DNA from: Lachnospiraceae bacterium
Lineage (GTDB): Bacteria; Bacillota; Clostridia; Lachnospirales; Lachnospiraceae
Direction of reading: 5' to 3'
NCBI GenBank assembly: GCA_047602645.1
Contig: JASGGU010000005.1
Span: 1,533 to 65,532 of the forward strand
DNA: 64,000 nt
Position numbers and translations under genes: made by a program. Position 1 is the stretch's first letter; each line of letters opens with the position of its first letter. The notes below the pieces were generated by a model. The model worked only from the letters and a program-made list of their open reading frames with translations. It ran no database searches and was not told the origin of the DNA. Shown here in pieces: positions 36,545 to 45,776 of this stretch.

Positions 36545-36733
36545 TTATTTATCTTGCTCCCGCACAATTTCATATTGCAACATTTCATAATGCAGCTTGC
36601 TGCCCTCTGCAATCTCTTCCGGCAGAAGCGCTCTGGCAACAAGCTTCAGCCCTTCCTCTTCCCGATCGGTTCTGCGCAGGTGCGCATAATCACCGTCAAT
36701 CATCTCAACAACATATTCCTTTGGTCCCATCAT
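36545..36733 (-). CDS. DUF3006-like small protein
   Basis: The 62-aa ORF reads ...VVEMIDGDYAHLRRTD...LLPEEIAEGSKL..., matching the DUF3006 pattern as I remember it. It lies immediately downstream of the DUF4317-like gene. Confidence 0.6.
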   Translation of the reverse strand: MMGPKEYVVEMIDGDYAHLRRTDREEEGLKLVARALLPEEIAEGSKLHYEMLQYEIVREQDK

Positions 36734-36755
36734 TTTTTAATCCTTTCTTCGTCCG

Positions 36756-37379
36756 CTATGCCAACAGGATGTCCTTAATACTTCTTTGATCTGATTCCTC
36801 CGCCTGATAGACATCCATCCTGTGGCAGTCACTGCTCCTATCCTTAAACGCAGGGAACAGGAAACCGCATTCCGGAGTTCCCGCCTCATAATCCCCGCTC
36901 ACAGGGCAGACAGCACCGATCAGAAAGGAATATACTTCCTCTGATTCCCACTGGCTTTCTCCATCACTGCCCTTCAGCGGAACATCATAATTCCCATAAA
37001 AAATATAGACTGCATATGATTTTGACGCCTTATATTTTTCTCCGAAGGTTTCATAAAACACATCCAGCAGCGCATCATTCTTCAATTCACAATCCTTAAG
37101 AGCCATAAGAAGTGTCCACATGCTCCCCGGCTTTTCATCCTCCGGACGAAAGACCTCCTCTTTCAACTGCACGTTCGTCTCCGAAAAAGGGATCGCCTTG
37201 GCAATATCAAGATTACTCTGCCGGTCTTTTCCCGATAACTTCTGAAAATGCTGATTAAAGGTTCCGTCCACATACCCCTCTTCATCAAAATAAGCGCCGG
37301 CAATCCGGCTGAAGCAATTTCTCTTTAAAGTCATGCGCCGCGTCAGCTCCAGCATGTCCTCTCGATTGATCTTCCCCAT
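36756..37379 (-). CDS. DUF4317-like protein
   Basis: The 207-aa ORF contains YDVPLKGSDGES...SEEVYSFLIGAVCPV and GFLFPAFKDRSSD, which resemble the DUF4317 family. It has an AAGGAG RBS. Confidence 0.6.
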   Translation of the reverse strand: MGKINREDMLELTRRMTLKRNCFSRIAGAYFDEEGYVDGTFNQHFQKLSGKDRQSNLDIAKAIPFSETNVQLKEEVFRPEDEKPGSMWTLLMALKDCELKNDALLDVFYETFGEKYKASKSYAVYIFYGNYDVPLKGSDGESQWESEEVYSFLIGAVCPVSGDYEAGTPECGFLFPAFKDRSSDCHRMDVYQAEESDQRSIKDILLA

Positions 37380-37478
37380 TGATTGATACTCCTTTAAAAT
37401 AGCCCTGCTTTTGCAGGATTCATACTGATTAAATAAGAATTATATCTTATAATGCAGATGAAATCAACTTTATTGCAC

Positions 37479-38897
37479 CTAGCTTGGTTTTGCTTTGTCC
37501 TTATCTAATTGCAGAATTTGTGAGCAGGTACGGTCAATAAACTCAAAATCATGGGACACGACAAAAACAATCATTCCTGCTTCGGATAGGGTTTTTATCA
37601 AAGCACTGACACGGAGCATTGAGTCATAATCCAATCCGCTGGTCGGTTCGTCAAAACAGATAATCGGACTGCCTTTCACAATTGCGGAGCCGATGGTCAC
37701 ACGCTGCTTTTGGCCGCCGGAAAGGGACGCCGGGTGACGCTCCCGATACTCGGACAATCCAAGGGCATGTAAGGTTTCCTTTACCCTTTGGGCACAATTA
37801 TTTCCGGCTCCCAGCGATAATTCTTCCTCTACGCTGCTTGTGAACAGTTGATAATCCGCATCCTGCATAACCAGATAGGATAGCTTCCGCCGGGTGCGGG
37901 CAGAGAGCTTGTTGCCGTTATATCGAATAGAACCGCCGGTTTCCTTTAGAATCCCCGTCAGGACAGACAATAGCGTTGTTTTTCCGGCACCGTTATGCCC
38001 TAAAATACCGACAACATCTCCGGCATTTGCCTTAAAGCTGAGGTTGCCGACAATGTCAGGCTCTTTTTTATAAGAGAAAGAAAGGTTGCTTATCTCCAAA
38101 AGGGATTCTTTCTGACAGTTGCCATGTGGTTCATGACAGAACCTTCCCGTCTCCTGTTCGGGGTAGGATGTACGCAAACCATATTCGGTACGTTTTCTTT
38201 CATTCAGAGAGCAAAATTCCGCTCGGGTAAAAGACCTTACTATCTGCCCATTTTCAATTAAGTATGCCTGGTCAATCAAATCCCGTAAATAAAAGAATCG
38301 ATGTTCCACAACAAGAATTGTACAGCCTGACTTCTTCAGTTTTTTCATAATTTCCGATAACCGCTTCGTTGCATCATAGTCAAGATTTGCAGATGGTTCG
38401 TCAAAAATGTAAACCTTTGGAGACAGCGCATGAACAGAACCAATTGCGATCTGTTGCTTTTCCCCGCTGGACAAAGCAAAGATACTGCGGTTCAAATAGG
38501 GCAAAAGTTCAAGCTCTGCAGCAGCCTTTGCAACGCGCCGTATGGTTTCCTCCCTATCAAATCCCATATTTTCGCAGCCAAATGCCAGCTCTCTTGTGGT
38601 ATCTGTCATAAAAAATTGAGAGCGGGGATCTTGAAAAACCGTGCCGATTTCTCCTGCCAGCTCTGCCGGCCTCATTTCCAGCAGGGATTTTCCGTCTATC
38701 TGTATATCTCCATTAGAATTTCCGGGATAGAAATGGGGAATTAATCCGTTTAATGCCCGCATTAAGGTTGTCTTTCCGCATCCGCTCCGCCCTGTCAGCA
38801 AGACAAATTCTCCGCTTTTAATGGTTAAATTAATGTTCCTTAGGGTGCATTCTGCACTTTCCTCATACTGAAAAGAATAGTTTTGAAATTCGATCAT
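37479..38897 (-). CDS. ECF transporter fused double ATPase (module 2)
   Basis: There are two ABC cassettes (GRSGCGKTT ... LSSGEKQQ ; GHNGAGKTT ... LSGGQKQR). The ATG at 38897 (MIEFQNYSF) has a GGAGGG RBS. Confidence 0.9.
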   Translation of the reverse strand: MIEFQNYSFQYEESAECTLRNINLTIKSGEFVLLTGRSGCGKTTLMRALNGLIPHFYPGNSNGDIQIDGKSLLEMRPAELAGEIGTVFQDPRSQFFMTDTTRELAFGCENMGFDREETIRRVAKAAAELELLPYLNRSIFALSSGEKQQIAIGSVHALSPKVYIFDEPSANLDYDATKRLSEIMKKLKKSGCTILVVEHRFFYLRDLIDQAYLIENGQIVRSFTRAEFCSLNERKRTEYGLRTSYPEQETGRFCHEPHGNCQKESLLEISNLSFSYKKEPDIVGNLSFKANAGDVVGILGHNGAGKTTLLSVLTGILKETGGSIRYNGNKLSARTRRKLSYLVMQDADYQLFTSSVEEELSLGAGNNCAQRVKETLHALGLSEYRERHPASLSGGQKQRVTIGSAIVKGSPIICFDEPTSGLDYDSMLRVSALIKTLSEAGMIVFVVSHDFEFIDRTCSQILQLDKDKAKPS

Positions 38898-38899
38898 GC

Positions 38900-39670
38900 T
38901 TACACCCTCCATAGAATTATTTTCCCAATGGAGGTATGATCAAACAAAAGCAGCACAGACAGGAATAGAATAACTCCCGCTGCCACAACATACTCTTTCA
39001 TGGCAAAAACAACCGGATGGATCGCATGCCGCTTTACATCCCGCTCCAACCCTCTTGTAGTGCCGGAGGCCGCCAATTCATCCGTCACTTTCAGGCAGCG
39101 CATCAAAAGCGGAATTAATAGGTACTCCATTGTCATCAAAGGATGAAAAACCCTTTTCCATACCGTATCCCCAATCCCGCGAATGCCCATGGCGTTTCGT
39201 ATCATTCGATATTCAATCCGCAATGTCGGAAGATAACGGAACATGACGACCAAGGGAATTGTGACCGACTGCGGCAGCTTCATACGCTGCAAGGACACCA
39301 TAAGCTCATCCATTCCCGTAGTTTTTAATACCCATCGCCCCATCATAATAATCGGAATCATCTTTCTTACCGTAACGCCGAAAACACTCATCATCACACT
39401 CAAGCCCGGAACGGACACATAGCGGAAAAGAACGTTCAGGTAGGCTACCGCAATATACACAATCAGCATTTTCACCGCCCACTTTAGTTCACTTCCCGCA
39501 CTGATGAATGCCGCAAACGCAACCATTAAGGATATTCCTGCAACATCACCCATGAGGAAATAGCTGACAAATCCGATTAAAATAAGTAAAAGCAGTTTGC
39601 ATCGAGGATCTAATAATGCAGTTCCCGAATATTGTTTTTTCATAATTATTTGTAATATTGTATGTTCCAT
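38900..39670 (-). CDS. ECF T component (module 2)
   Basis: A 256-aa protein starting at MEHTILQ (GGAGG RBS 6 nt upstream). It has the CbiQ-like region ...RIEYRMIRNAMGIRG.... The longer ORF-track start overlaps the S gene. Confidence 0.82.
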   Translation of the reverse strand: MEHTILQIIMKKQYSGTALLDPRCKLLLLILIGFVSYFLMGDVAGISLMVAFAAFISAGSELKWAVKMLIVYIAVAYLNVLFRYVSVPGLSVMMSVFGVTVRKMIPIIMMGRWVLKTTGMDELMVSLQRMKLPQSVTIPLVVMFRYLPTLRIEYRMIRNAMGIRGIGDTVWKRVFHPLMTMEYLLIPLLMRCLKVTDELAASGTTRGLERDVKRHAIHPVVFAMKEYVVAAGVILFLSVLLLFDHTSIGKIILWRV

Positions 39671-39738
39671 AGCAAGCCTCCGAAATGCAAAAGGAGCCGC
39701 CAAGCAGCAGCCCCTAAGCCTTTTTATGCCGACCACAA

Positions 39739-40341
39739 CTATTTCACAGTTACTAAACCTGCTTTTATAAAATGCTTTTTTAACATGTTCTGTCCCAGCC
39801 ATCCGCCAAGTAATCCTCCGATAAGACCGGCTGCGACTATAACGATCAGCATCGGGGCAGAAGTAAAGCCGGTTATCGTGTCTATGTATTCCTGCGGGAT
39901 GCTGTTACGTTCCATCGCGGCAACAAAAGCCGCCTGCAGAAATTTGATAGGTCCAATCGCACCAAAGGTAAATATGCCGCTAAAAACAGAATAGGCAGCC
40001 ATCATCGACCTCGTTGTAACCTCTTTTCCACCTAGAATCAGGATGTCGCAGAGAATGCCACCTGCTACCAACGAAATCGGAATAAACCAAAATGCTCCAA
40101 CAACCAAGAACAGTACCGCCTGTATGATTCCGCAAATAGTTAAAACACCTTTTTTCGGCACTTTTGCAAGCAGCAGCATCATAACAATACCATTTGGAAT
40201 TGCTACAACCGGTGGATAAAACACGTTCGTTATCGGCCCTGCCACACTCATTGCGGTGCTGATAATCATACAAATCACCCACATAAGAGCAGTAAGAATA
40301 CCTACCAGAATAAAATCTTTTGCATTGAGTTTCTTATTCAT
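39739..40341 (-). CDS. Putative ECF S component, MptD/Trep_Strep type (module 2)
   Basis: The 200-aa polytopic membrane protein has the C-terminal tail LKKHFIKAGLV and an AAGGAG RBS. Confidence 0.7.
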   Translation of the reverse strand: MNKKLNAKDFILVGILTALMWVICMIISTAMSVAGPITNVFYPPVVAIPNGIVMMLLLAKVPKKGVLTICGIIQAVLFLVVGAFWFIPISLVAGGILCDILILGGKEVTTRSMMAAYSVFSGIFTFGAIGPIKFLQAAFVAAMERNSIPQEYIDTITGFTSAPMLIVIVAAGLIGGLLGGWLGQNMLKKHFIKAGLVTVK

Positions 40342-40379
40342 CTTTTCACTTCTCCTTCAATTGTTAAAAAATGCGCCGA

Positions 40380-40397
40380 AGTTAGTTCAATCTAACC
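40380..40397 (-). promoter_or_regulatory. Conserved inverted repeat GGTTAGATTGAACTAACT upstream of ECF module 2
   Basis: Read on the minus strand. It begins 10 nt downstream of a TATAAT hexamer (40412-40407). I see no convincing -35 element. Confidence 0.55.
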
Positions 40398-40463
40398 TCA
40401 ACGCAAATTATACAGCGCACTCTATTGAGATAACACCCAAAAGCGATTCGGTTTTGCCCGAAA

Positions 40464-41435
40464 TCAGTTTACTTTACCTTCTCTTTTATACTTTTTGGGA
40501 ATTACACCATATTTGTTCCGAAATGCAGAAGCGAAGTTGCTTGACTTTGTATATCCCACAGACAAGGCAATATGATTGATCGGCAGGTCTGTTGCAACAA
40601 GCAATTCAGCAGCCTTTTCCAATCTCTGATCAATAATATAACTATGAATCGGCATCCCAAACAACGCCGAAAACCCTTTTGAAAGCTTTGATACGCTCAT
40701 ATGTGCTTTTTTTGCCAACTGCTCACAGGTTGGGGCATAGGCAAGCTGTCCGTCAATCATCCGTTTGATTTCCCACAGGCTATCCCTGTCCGTTTTTGAA
40801 ACAGAGATCTTGTCAGAACTCAAAATACCCAGCTCCAGAACCTCACTTAGATAAATGGAAACGAGTTCCAGAAGCTTACTATCCAGATAAAGATGCGAAA
40901 GCCCTCCGCGATAAAGAGAAAAATCTTTAAGCTCCGCTAATATCCGCTCCATATTCGCAGTGATTTTTACTTTAGAAACAGTTTTTAACAGCTTATTCTC
41001 ATAAGCAATTATTTCCTGTTCCTCAAAATAGTCTTCTAAAATAGAAGAAAAATAGCGCATCGGTATTTTTATATTTTTGAAATGAAAATCACAGTGCTTT
41101 GCATAGCAGGCATACTCCGTGCCGCCATGGCCTTTGTAAATACAGGATTCACCCTTTTGTATTTGGACGTCTTCACGGTGGTTCGTGATTCCCCATGACA
41201 TGCCTTCATTCATGCAAAAAATAATTTGAATATATTCCTCACGATTGACGCCCCATACATTCATATCTTCTTTATATAGAACTTTCCAATCGGATAATAT
41301 CACGCCTCGCTTTGTAACTGCCTGTGAAATGCTTCCGTTTCCTAAATCAGAGGGGATATCTAATGATATTGTTTGAGGCGAATTTGCAACGAGGTCATGG
41401 TACAAATTATTTAAATATTGGTTTGGATTTCCCAT
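40464..41435 (-). CDS. AraC-family transcriptional regulator (second copy)
   Basis: A 323-aa protein from the ATG at 41435 (GGAGGTG RBS 4 nt upstream). It has a C-terminal double HTH (CEQLAKKAHMSVSKLSKGFSALFGMPIHSYIIDQRLEKAAELL...GYTKSSNFASAFRNKYGVIPKKY). Confidence 0.88.
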   Translation of the reverse strand: MGNPNQYLNNLYHDLVANSPQTISLDIPSDLGNGSISQAVTKRGVILSDWKVLYKEDMNVWGVNREEYIQIIFCMNEGMSWGITNHREDVQIQKGESCIYKGHGGTEYACYAKHCDFHFKNIKIPMRYFSSILEDYFEEQEIIAYENKLLKTVSKVKITANMERILAELKDFSLYRGGLSHLYLDSKLLELVSIYLSEVLELGILSSDKISVSKTDRDSLWEIKRMIDGQLAYAPTCEQLAKKAHMSVSKLSKGFSALFGMPIHSYIIDQRLEKAAELLVATDLPINHIALSVGYTKSSNFASAFRNKYGVIPKKYKREGKVN

Positions 41436-41458
41436 TGCCCACCTCCAATTTATCAAAC

Positions 41459-41878
41459 CTATCTCAGTTCTTTCCTAAGCCTGCTCACAATACGTTCCAC
41501 CTGATCAATCGCTTCAGCCACCTGTTCCTTTGCATCTCCGATTTTGGACTGCACGAACATATCCGCAATGAAACCATCAAAAAAGAAATCCGCAAACGTC
41601 AGAAAATCTCCGATCTGTATGTTCGGCAAATATTCATTTACATCATCCAGTTCCCGCTGGAAGCTCCTCAAATCCTGCCTGGCAGCCTCCATACACTCTG
41701 ATGCGTTATTCAGCTTTGAGTGCTTGATCAAATCTGTAATCAGGCCCCCGCCAAGGATATCCACAATTCCCCAGTTTCCGGCACTTTTCAAATAATCCTG
41801 TGCCTCCCGCAGGCTATTTAACGCTCTTTCACCCGCACTGATTGCCTCTCGTATTTCCTTATTTACATCGTATGACAT
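41459..41878 (-). CDS. Hypothetical helical protein (139 aa)
   Basis: The ORF is clean with an AAGGTGGA RBS. The predicted helices flank NWGIVDILGGGLITDLIKHSK and FADFFFDGFIADMFV. I cannot name a family. It ends 23 nt before the AraC start. Confidence 0.6.
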   Translation of the reverse strand: MSYDVNKEIREAISAGERALNSLREAQDYLKSAGNWGIVDILGGGLITDLIKHSKLNNASECMEAARQDLRSFQRELDDVNEYLPNIQIGDFLTFADFFFDGFIADMFVQSKIGDAKEQVAEAIDQVERIVSRLRKELR

Positions 41879-41910
41879 ATCATTTCCACCTTATTTTCGT
41901 AGTTATGGGA

Positions 41911-41934
41911 TCAAAACTTATTTGCAAAAATAAG
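41911..41934 (-). terminator. Weak AT-rich hairpin after the GyrI-like gene
   Basis: Stem CTTATTT (41917-41923) / AAATAAG (41928-41934) with loop GCAA. TTTTGA follows on the minus strand. Confidence 0.3.
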
Positions 41935-42009
41935 CATTCATCTCTGTTTTAGTATGTGTATAATATATCATCAAAAATTCACCGAAACAAGTATCGGGCT
42001 TAAAAATTG

Positions 42010-42669
42010 TTACAACAATGTTTCTGCAAGCCGGACAGGATGTCTGATCACAGTCTTCCAGTTCTCCGGTGCCGTTCTTCTGACATCGGACAGGTAAATC
42101 TCATGATGCAGCCGATTTTCAGAAAGGTCATTCTCATATCCCTTCTCCCGCAAATACTGATCCATCAGTGCAACTGTCGCCGGCTCATCGTCAAACGGGC
42201 CTGTATGCATACACTGTACACAAGTCCCCTCGGCAACAGTCAGGAACTCTACCTTCGAAAAGTCCTGCTTTTTCTTTTCTGCGGCCTCGGCTGCGGCCCA
42301 TTCAAAATCTGCTTTTGTCACAAATTCGGGCAAACGGATAACGGATATCCAATGAAAATCTGCTTTTCGATCATAATCCACTCCTTCAAGCATATTTCCA
42401 CCTTCCTCTTCCTGCCACCAGAAACCTTCCAGAGGGGGCACGACATAATCAAAATATCCCTCAATCTGATGATTCCCTTTTTTGCTCATCTTAATAGTAA
42501 AAGCAATTCCATAGAGCAAACCGATGGCTGCCTTGTACTCTCCATCCTCTTCATTTGGATTGCCGGTTCCTCTCACCGCAATAAAATTCATCTCGGGAAC
42601 ATCCACAATCTCCGGCTTGTTCTTTGGCATATAGAATTCTTTATACTCTTTTTTGTAATCAAATGGCAT
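42010..42669 (-). CDS. GyrI-like small-molecule-binding domain protein
   Basis: The 219-aa ORF reads MPFDYKKEYKEFYMPKNKPEIVDVPEMNFIAVRGTGNPN...YFDYVVPPLEGFWWQ...HHEIYLSDVRR, which matches GyrI-like proteins as I remember them. The antisense 226-aa ORF is low complexity. Confidence 0.8.
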   Translation of the reverse strand: MPFDYKKEYKEFYMPKNKPEIVDVPEMNFIAVRGTGNPNEEDGEYKAAIGLLYGIAFTIKMSKKGNHQIEGYFDYVVPPLEGFWWQEEEGGNMLEGVDYDRKADFHWISVIRLPEFVTKADFEWAAAEAAEKKKQDFSKVEFLTVAEGTCVQCMHTGPFDDEPATVALMDQYLREKGYENDLSENRLHHEIYLSDVRRTAPENWKTVIRHPVRLAETLL

Positions 42670-42699
42670 ACTTCTATCCCTCCGTAAATGAATTGCCGT

Positions 42700-43239
42700 C
42701 TATCCAAGCAATTTCTTTTTATGAGCTTTCAGTTTTTTGATCGCCCAGTCATAATGGCTTGAGGTAGTACTTACGAAATAAGATCCCAATGTCGTACCCT
42801 TCGTCCATACAAATACCCCTTTTGAGAAAAGCTCTTCATTTGAGTACTCTTCCATCAATTTCATGAGTTCGCGGTGCGAGGCATCCAATTTATCCGAGGC
42901 ATCCTGCAAGGATGTATTCTGATGCTTATTCCAAAACATTACATTCATATCACCATAGGTTTTCCATGAATATTCTTCCGGAAGGAATGGCTGATTCCTG
43001 CCTCTCCTGTTTGACGCTATCCAATTGATGAGAAGCTGATGCCACTCATATAGATGGATCAGTACATCTCTCAGATTCTTATCCCGTTTCCAGTGGGCTT
43101 CTTTCTTCTTCTCATCAGAAGAAAAATCAAACTCCCTGGACAGTTCCTTCTCTGACATTCCTTCTATCAGCGTCCTAAGCTTTTCATAATTTTCTGTTGC
43201 CGCCGCTATTAAATCCGCCTTCGTCTGTGGTCGTGGCAT
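42700..43239 (-). CDS. ClbS/DfsB-family (DUF1706) four-helix-bundle protein
   Basis: The 179-aa ORF reads MPRPQTKADLIAAATENYEKL...RDVLIHLYEWHQLLINW...SHYDWAIKKL, typical of ClbS/DfsB. A GAGGAGG RBS is present. Confidence 0.82.
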   Translation of the reverse strand: MPRPQTKADLIAAATENYEKLRTLIEGMSEKELSREFDFSSDEKKKEAHWKRDKNLRDVLIHLYEWHQLLINWIASNRRGRNQPFLPEEYSWKTYGDMNVMFWNKHQNTSLQDASDKLDASHRELMKLMEEYSNEELFSKGVFVWTKGTTLGSYFVSTTSSHYDWAIKKLKAHKKKLLG

Positions 43240-44156
43240 CTCACTTCATCCTCCTCATATTTTTTCACCAAATCCTTTGCGATATTCAGAAGTTCATATC
43301 TGACAGACACAGGTTCCAGTATCTCGGCTTGACTGCCAAAGGTCATGAGCCAGCTGATCAGGTTCTCCTTATCCGTAAAATCCACAGCAAACAAAAGCTT
43401 CCCATCAGCCTGCTCCTCAAAGCAATGCGGTCCGAATTCTTCTACCAGCCGCCATTTTACATCCTGGGAAAACAAAGCCTTCACCTGCATATTCTGAGGA
43501 AATACCTGATCGGTGGATAACTCAGGAGGCGGGACATCTCTTTTATCAAAAATTTCACCGATCGCCCTCAGCTGATCCATCCGGTTCAATTTGAACAAAC
43601 GAAACGCTTCTTTTTCCAGACAAAATCCCCACACATACCAGCTCGACCATTTAAATACCAGATAGTACGGCTCCACCTTGCGCTCACTTTCACTGTTCGG
43701 GGAGTAATACCAAAAAGATATCAAATGTCTGTCCTCAATTGCAGTCTGAATTACCTCAATTTTCGGTGACAGAGAATCCTTGTACCAAGAGGAAAGATCA
43801 ATCAGGATCGAATCTCTGCCACTGACAAATTCTGAGGAGCCGGACTGCAGCCGTTCCATCAGCTGACTATAATACCTGCTGCCGCAAACGCTGTCCAGGC
43901 TGCGCAGCCCCGCAAGAATCACCTGCATGTCCTTTGAAGTAAGCAGTGTCCTGTCAATCTTATAGTCGTCCATGATGCCGATACCGCCGCCCGCACCCTG
44001 AACGGTACGGATGGGAATTCCGGCCTTGCACAAAGCCTCAATATCCCTATTTATTGTCCGTCTGGAAACCTCAAATTTCTCTGCCAATTCAGGAGCTGTT
44101 ATTTGCTCCTGCTGCAATAATACCGAAAGTATTCCGATCAGTCTGTCTATCTTCAT
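43209..44156 (-). CDS. YafY-type HTH-WYL domain transcriptional regulator
   Basis: From the ATG at 44156 (GGAG RBS): MKIDRLIGILSVLLQQEQITAPELAEKFEVSRRTINRDIEALCKAGIPI.... A WYL-like central region (FWYYSPNSESERKVEPYYLVFKWSSWYVWGF) follows. The 3' end overlaps the ClbS-like gene by 31 nt. Confidence 0.85.
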   Translation of the reverse strand: MKIDRLIGILSVLLQQEQITAPELAEKFEVSRRTINRDIEALCKAGIPIRTVQGAGGGIGIMDDYKIDRTLLTSKDMQVILAGLRSLDSVCGSRYYSQLMERLQSGSSEFVSGRDSILIDLSSWYKDSLSPKIEVIQTAIEDRHLISFWYYSPNSESERKVEPYYLVFKWSSWYVWGFCLEKEAFRLFKLNRMDQLRAIGEIFDKRDVPPPELSTDQVFPQNMQVKALFSQDVKWRLVEEFGPHCFEEQADGKLLFAVDFTDKENLISWLMTFGSQAEILEPVSVRYELLNIAKDLVKKYEEDEVRCHDHRRRRI

Positions 44157-44268
44157 AAGAACTCCATACCTATACTCTATCAGAGGAAACATGTCATCTG
44201 TGTGTCATGTTTATTTTAACACAGTATATTTTATTATGAAATACTCAGAACAATTTTCTATATAATAA

Positions 44269-44306
44269 GAACTGCCCGACAGATGCAATGATCTATCGGA
44301 CAGTTC
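44269..44306 (-). terminator. Terminator hairpin after ECF module 3
   Basis: An imperfect 16-bp inverted repeat, GAACTGCCCGACAGAT / ATCTATCGGACAGTTC, with a 6-nt loop. It starts 6 nt past the ATPase stop. TTATTATATAG follows on the minus strand. Confidence 0.6.
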
Positions 44307-44311
44307 CCTCA

Positions 44312-45763
44312 TCAAACAAAAAACTGCTTCAGCTTCCCAACCCCTTCTTGATCCAGCTGATAGGTATCTCGAACTTCTCCCTTGTCAATTTGTATCACAT
44401 GGGTACAGGATTTCATAATCAGTTCCAAATCATGCGTTACTACAAAGGCTGTCTTTTTCCCAAGAAAGGATAAAAGCATATTTGCTGTTTCTTCCATGTG
44501 GTCGTAATCAAGTCCGCTGGTTGGTTCATCAAAAATCAAAATCTCTTTATCTGCCAATACAGCCGCCGCAATGGCCACTCTTTGTTTCTGCCCACCCGAC
44601 AAGCTCATGGGATGCCTTTCTTTGTATTTTAACAAATCAAATTGCTGCAATACTGTTTCGGCCTTCTCTTCTTCTATATTCTTTAATTTCAATGTGACAT
44701 CACCTATTACTGTTTCACTAAATAGCTGATGATTTACATCCTGCATCACCATATAGCTGCTATCCGTTATTTTCTTCTTTTTCTCTCCATTAATTGTCAC
44801 AATTCCTTTAAAGTGTTTATTTAATCCGCAAAGACATTTTGAGAACGTGCTTTTACCTGCACCATTATGCCCAATGACAGCAATAATAGCATTCTCTGGG
44901 ATTTCCAGTTTTTCAATGTTCAGCGCATATTCCTTTTCATCCTTGTAATGATATCGAAAATTCTTCAATTCTATCTTTCGATCAGTATCTAATTGTGTAG
45001 CAGAAACGGAATAATCAATAGACTCTATATCCATTATTCTCAATCCCATTGTTCTCAGTTGTGCATTGCTGTATTGTTTAAATTGCTTCATAGAAATATC
45101 AAAGTCAATTTTTCCATCATTCAGATGTATGACACGGTCGCAGATATCTTTCAACCAGTAAAGTCTATGTTCTGCAATGATCACTGTCTTTCCTTGATTC
45201 TTCCATCTTTTCATAATCCTGGCCAAATCACGAATTGCATCTACATCCAGATTAGAGGTGGGTTCATCCAATACAATAATTTCCGGGCTGGTAGCGCAAG
45301 CCGATGCACAGGCAATCTTCTGCTTTTCTCCGCCCGAAAGCAGAAAAATACTTCTTCCCATCAAATCTTCTATTTGAAACTGTTCTACCGTATCAAAATA
45401 TCGTGCCAGCGTCTCCTCTCTGTCCAGTCCGTCATTTTCACATCCAAATACAATTTCACCTGAGGTATCCACACAGAAAAACTGACTTCTGGGATTTTGA
45501 AACACACTGCCGACTTTCTTTGATACTTTATTGAGCTCTGTTTTTCTTACATTCATTCCGGCAACCGTAATGGTTCCGCCAATACTTCCTTCGTAATAAT
45601 GAGGAATCAGTCCATTAATCAGCCGGGTTATGGTTGTTTTTCCGCATCCGGATTTTCCGCAAAGCAATACAATTTCACCCTGCTTTATGTGAAGGTTAAT
45701 ATCATCCAAGGTTCCCCCATCCAGATTCTTGTATTTAAAATTTAAATTTTGTATCGTAATCAT
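44312..45763 (-). CDS. ECF transporter fused double ATPase (module 3)
   Basis: The 483-aa ORF has two ABC cassettes (GKSGCGKTT ... LSGGEKQK ; GHNGAGKST ... LSGGQKQR). Confidence 0.9.
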   Translation of the reverse strand: MITIQNLNFKYKNLDGGTLDDINLHIKQGEIVLLCGKSGCGKTTITRLINGLIPHYYEGSIGGTITVAGMNVRKTELNKVSKKVGSVFQNPRSQFFCVDTSGEIVFGCENDGLDREETLARYFDTVEQFQIEDLMGRSIFLLSGGEKQKIACASACATSPEIIVLDEPTSNLDVDAIRDLARIMKRWKNQGKTVIIAEHRLYWLKDICDRVIHLNDGKIDFDISMKQFKQYSNAQLRTMGLRIMDIESIDYSVSATQLDTDRKIELKNFRYHYKDEKEYALNIEKLEIPENAIIAVIGHNGAGKSTFSKCLCGLNKHFKGIVTINGEKKKKITDSSYMVMQDVNHQLFSETVIGDVTLKLKNIEEEKAETVLQQFDLLKYKERHPMSLSGGQKQRVAIAAAVLADKEILIFDEPTSGLDYDHMEETANMLLSFLGKKTAFVVTHDLELIMKSCTHVIQIDKGEVRDTYQLDQEGVGKLKQFFV

Positions 45764-45776
45764 ATTGCCGCTCTCC

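Noticed and set aside
41950-41970. A plus-strand TGTGTATAAT extended -10-like element.
   Set aside because: The only plus-strand ORF downstream is the rejected antisense ORF at 42007, so there is no credible gene to drive.
42007-42687. A 226-aa plus-strand ORF antisense to the GyrI-like gene.
   Set aside because: Its translation is Cys/His/Leu/Phe-rich, has low complexity and shows no recognisable motifs. The minus-strand product has a clear family signature and an RBS.
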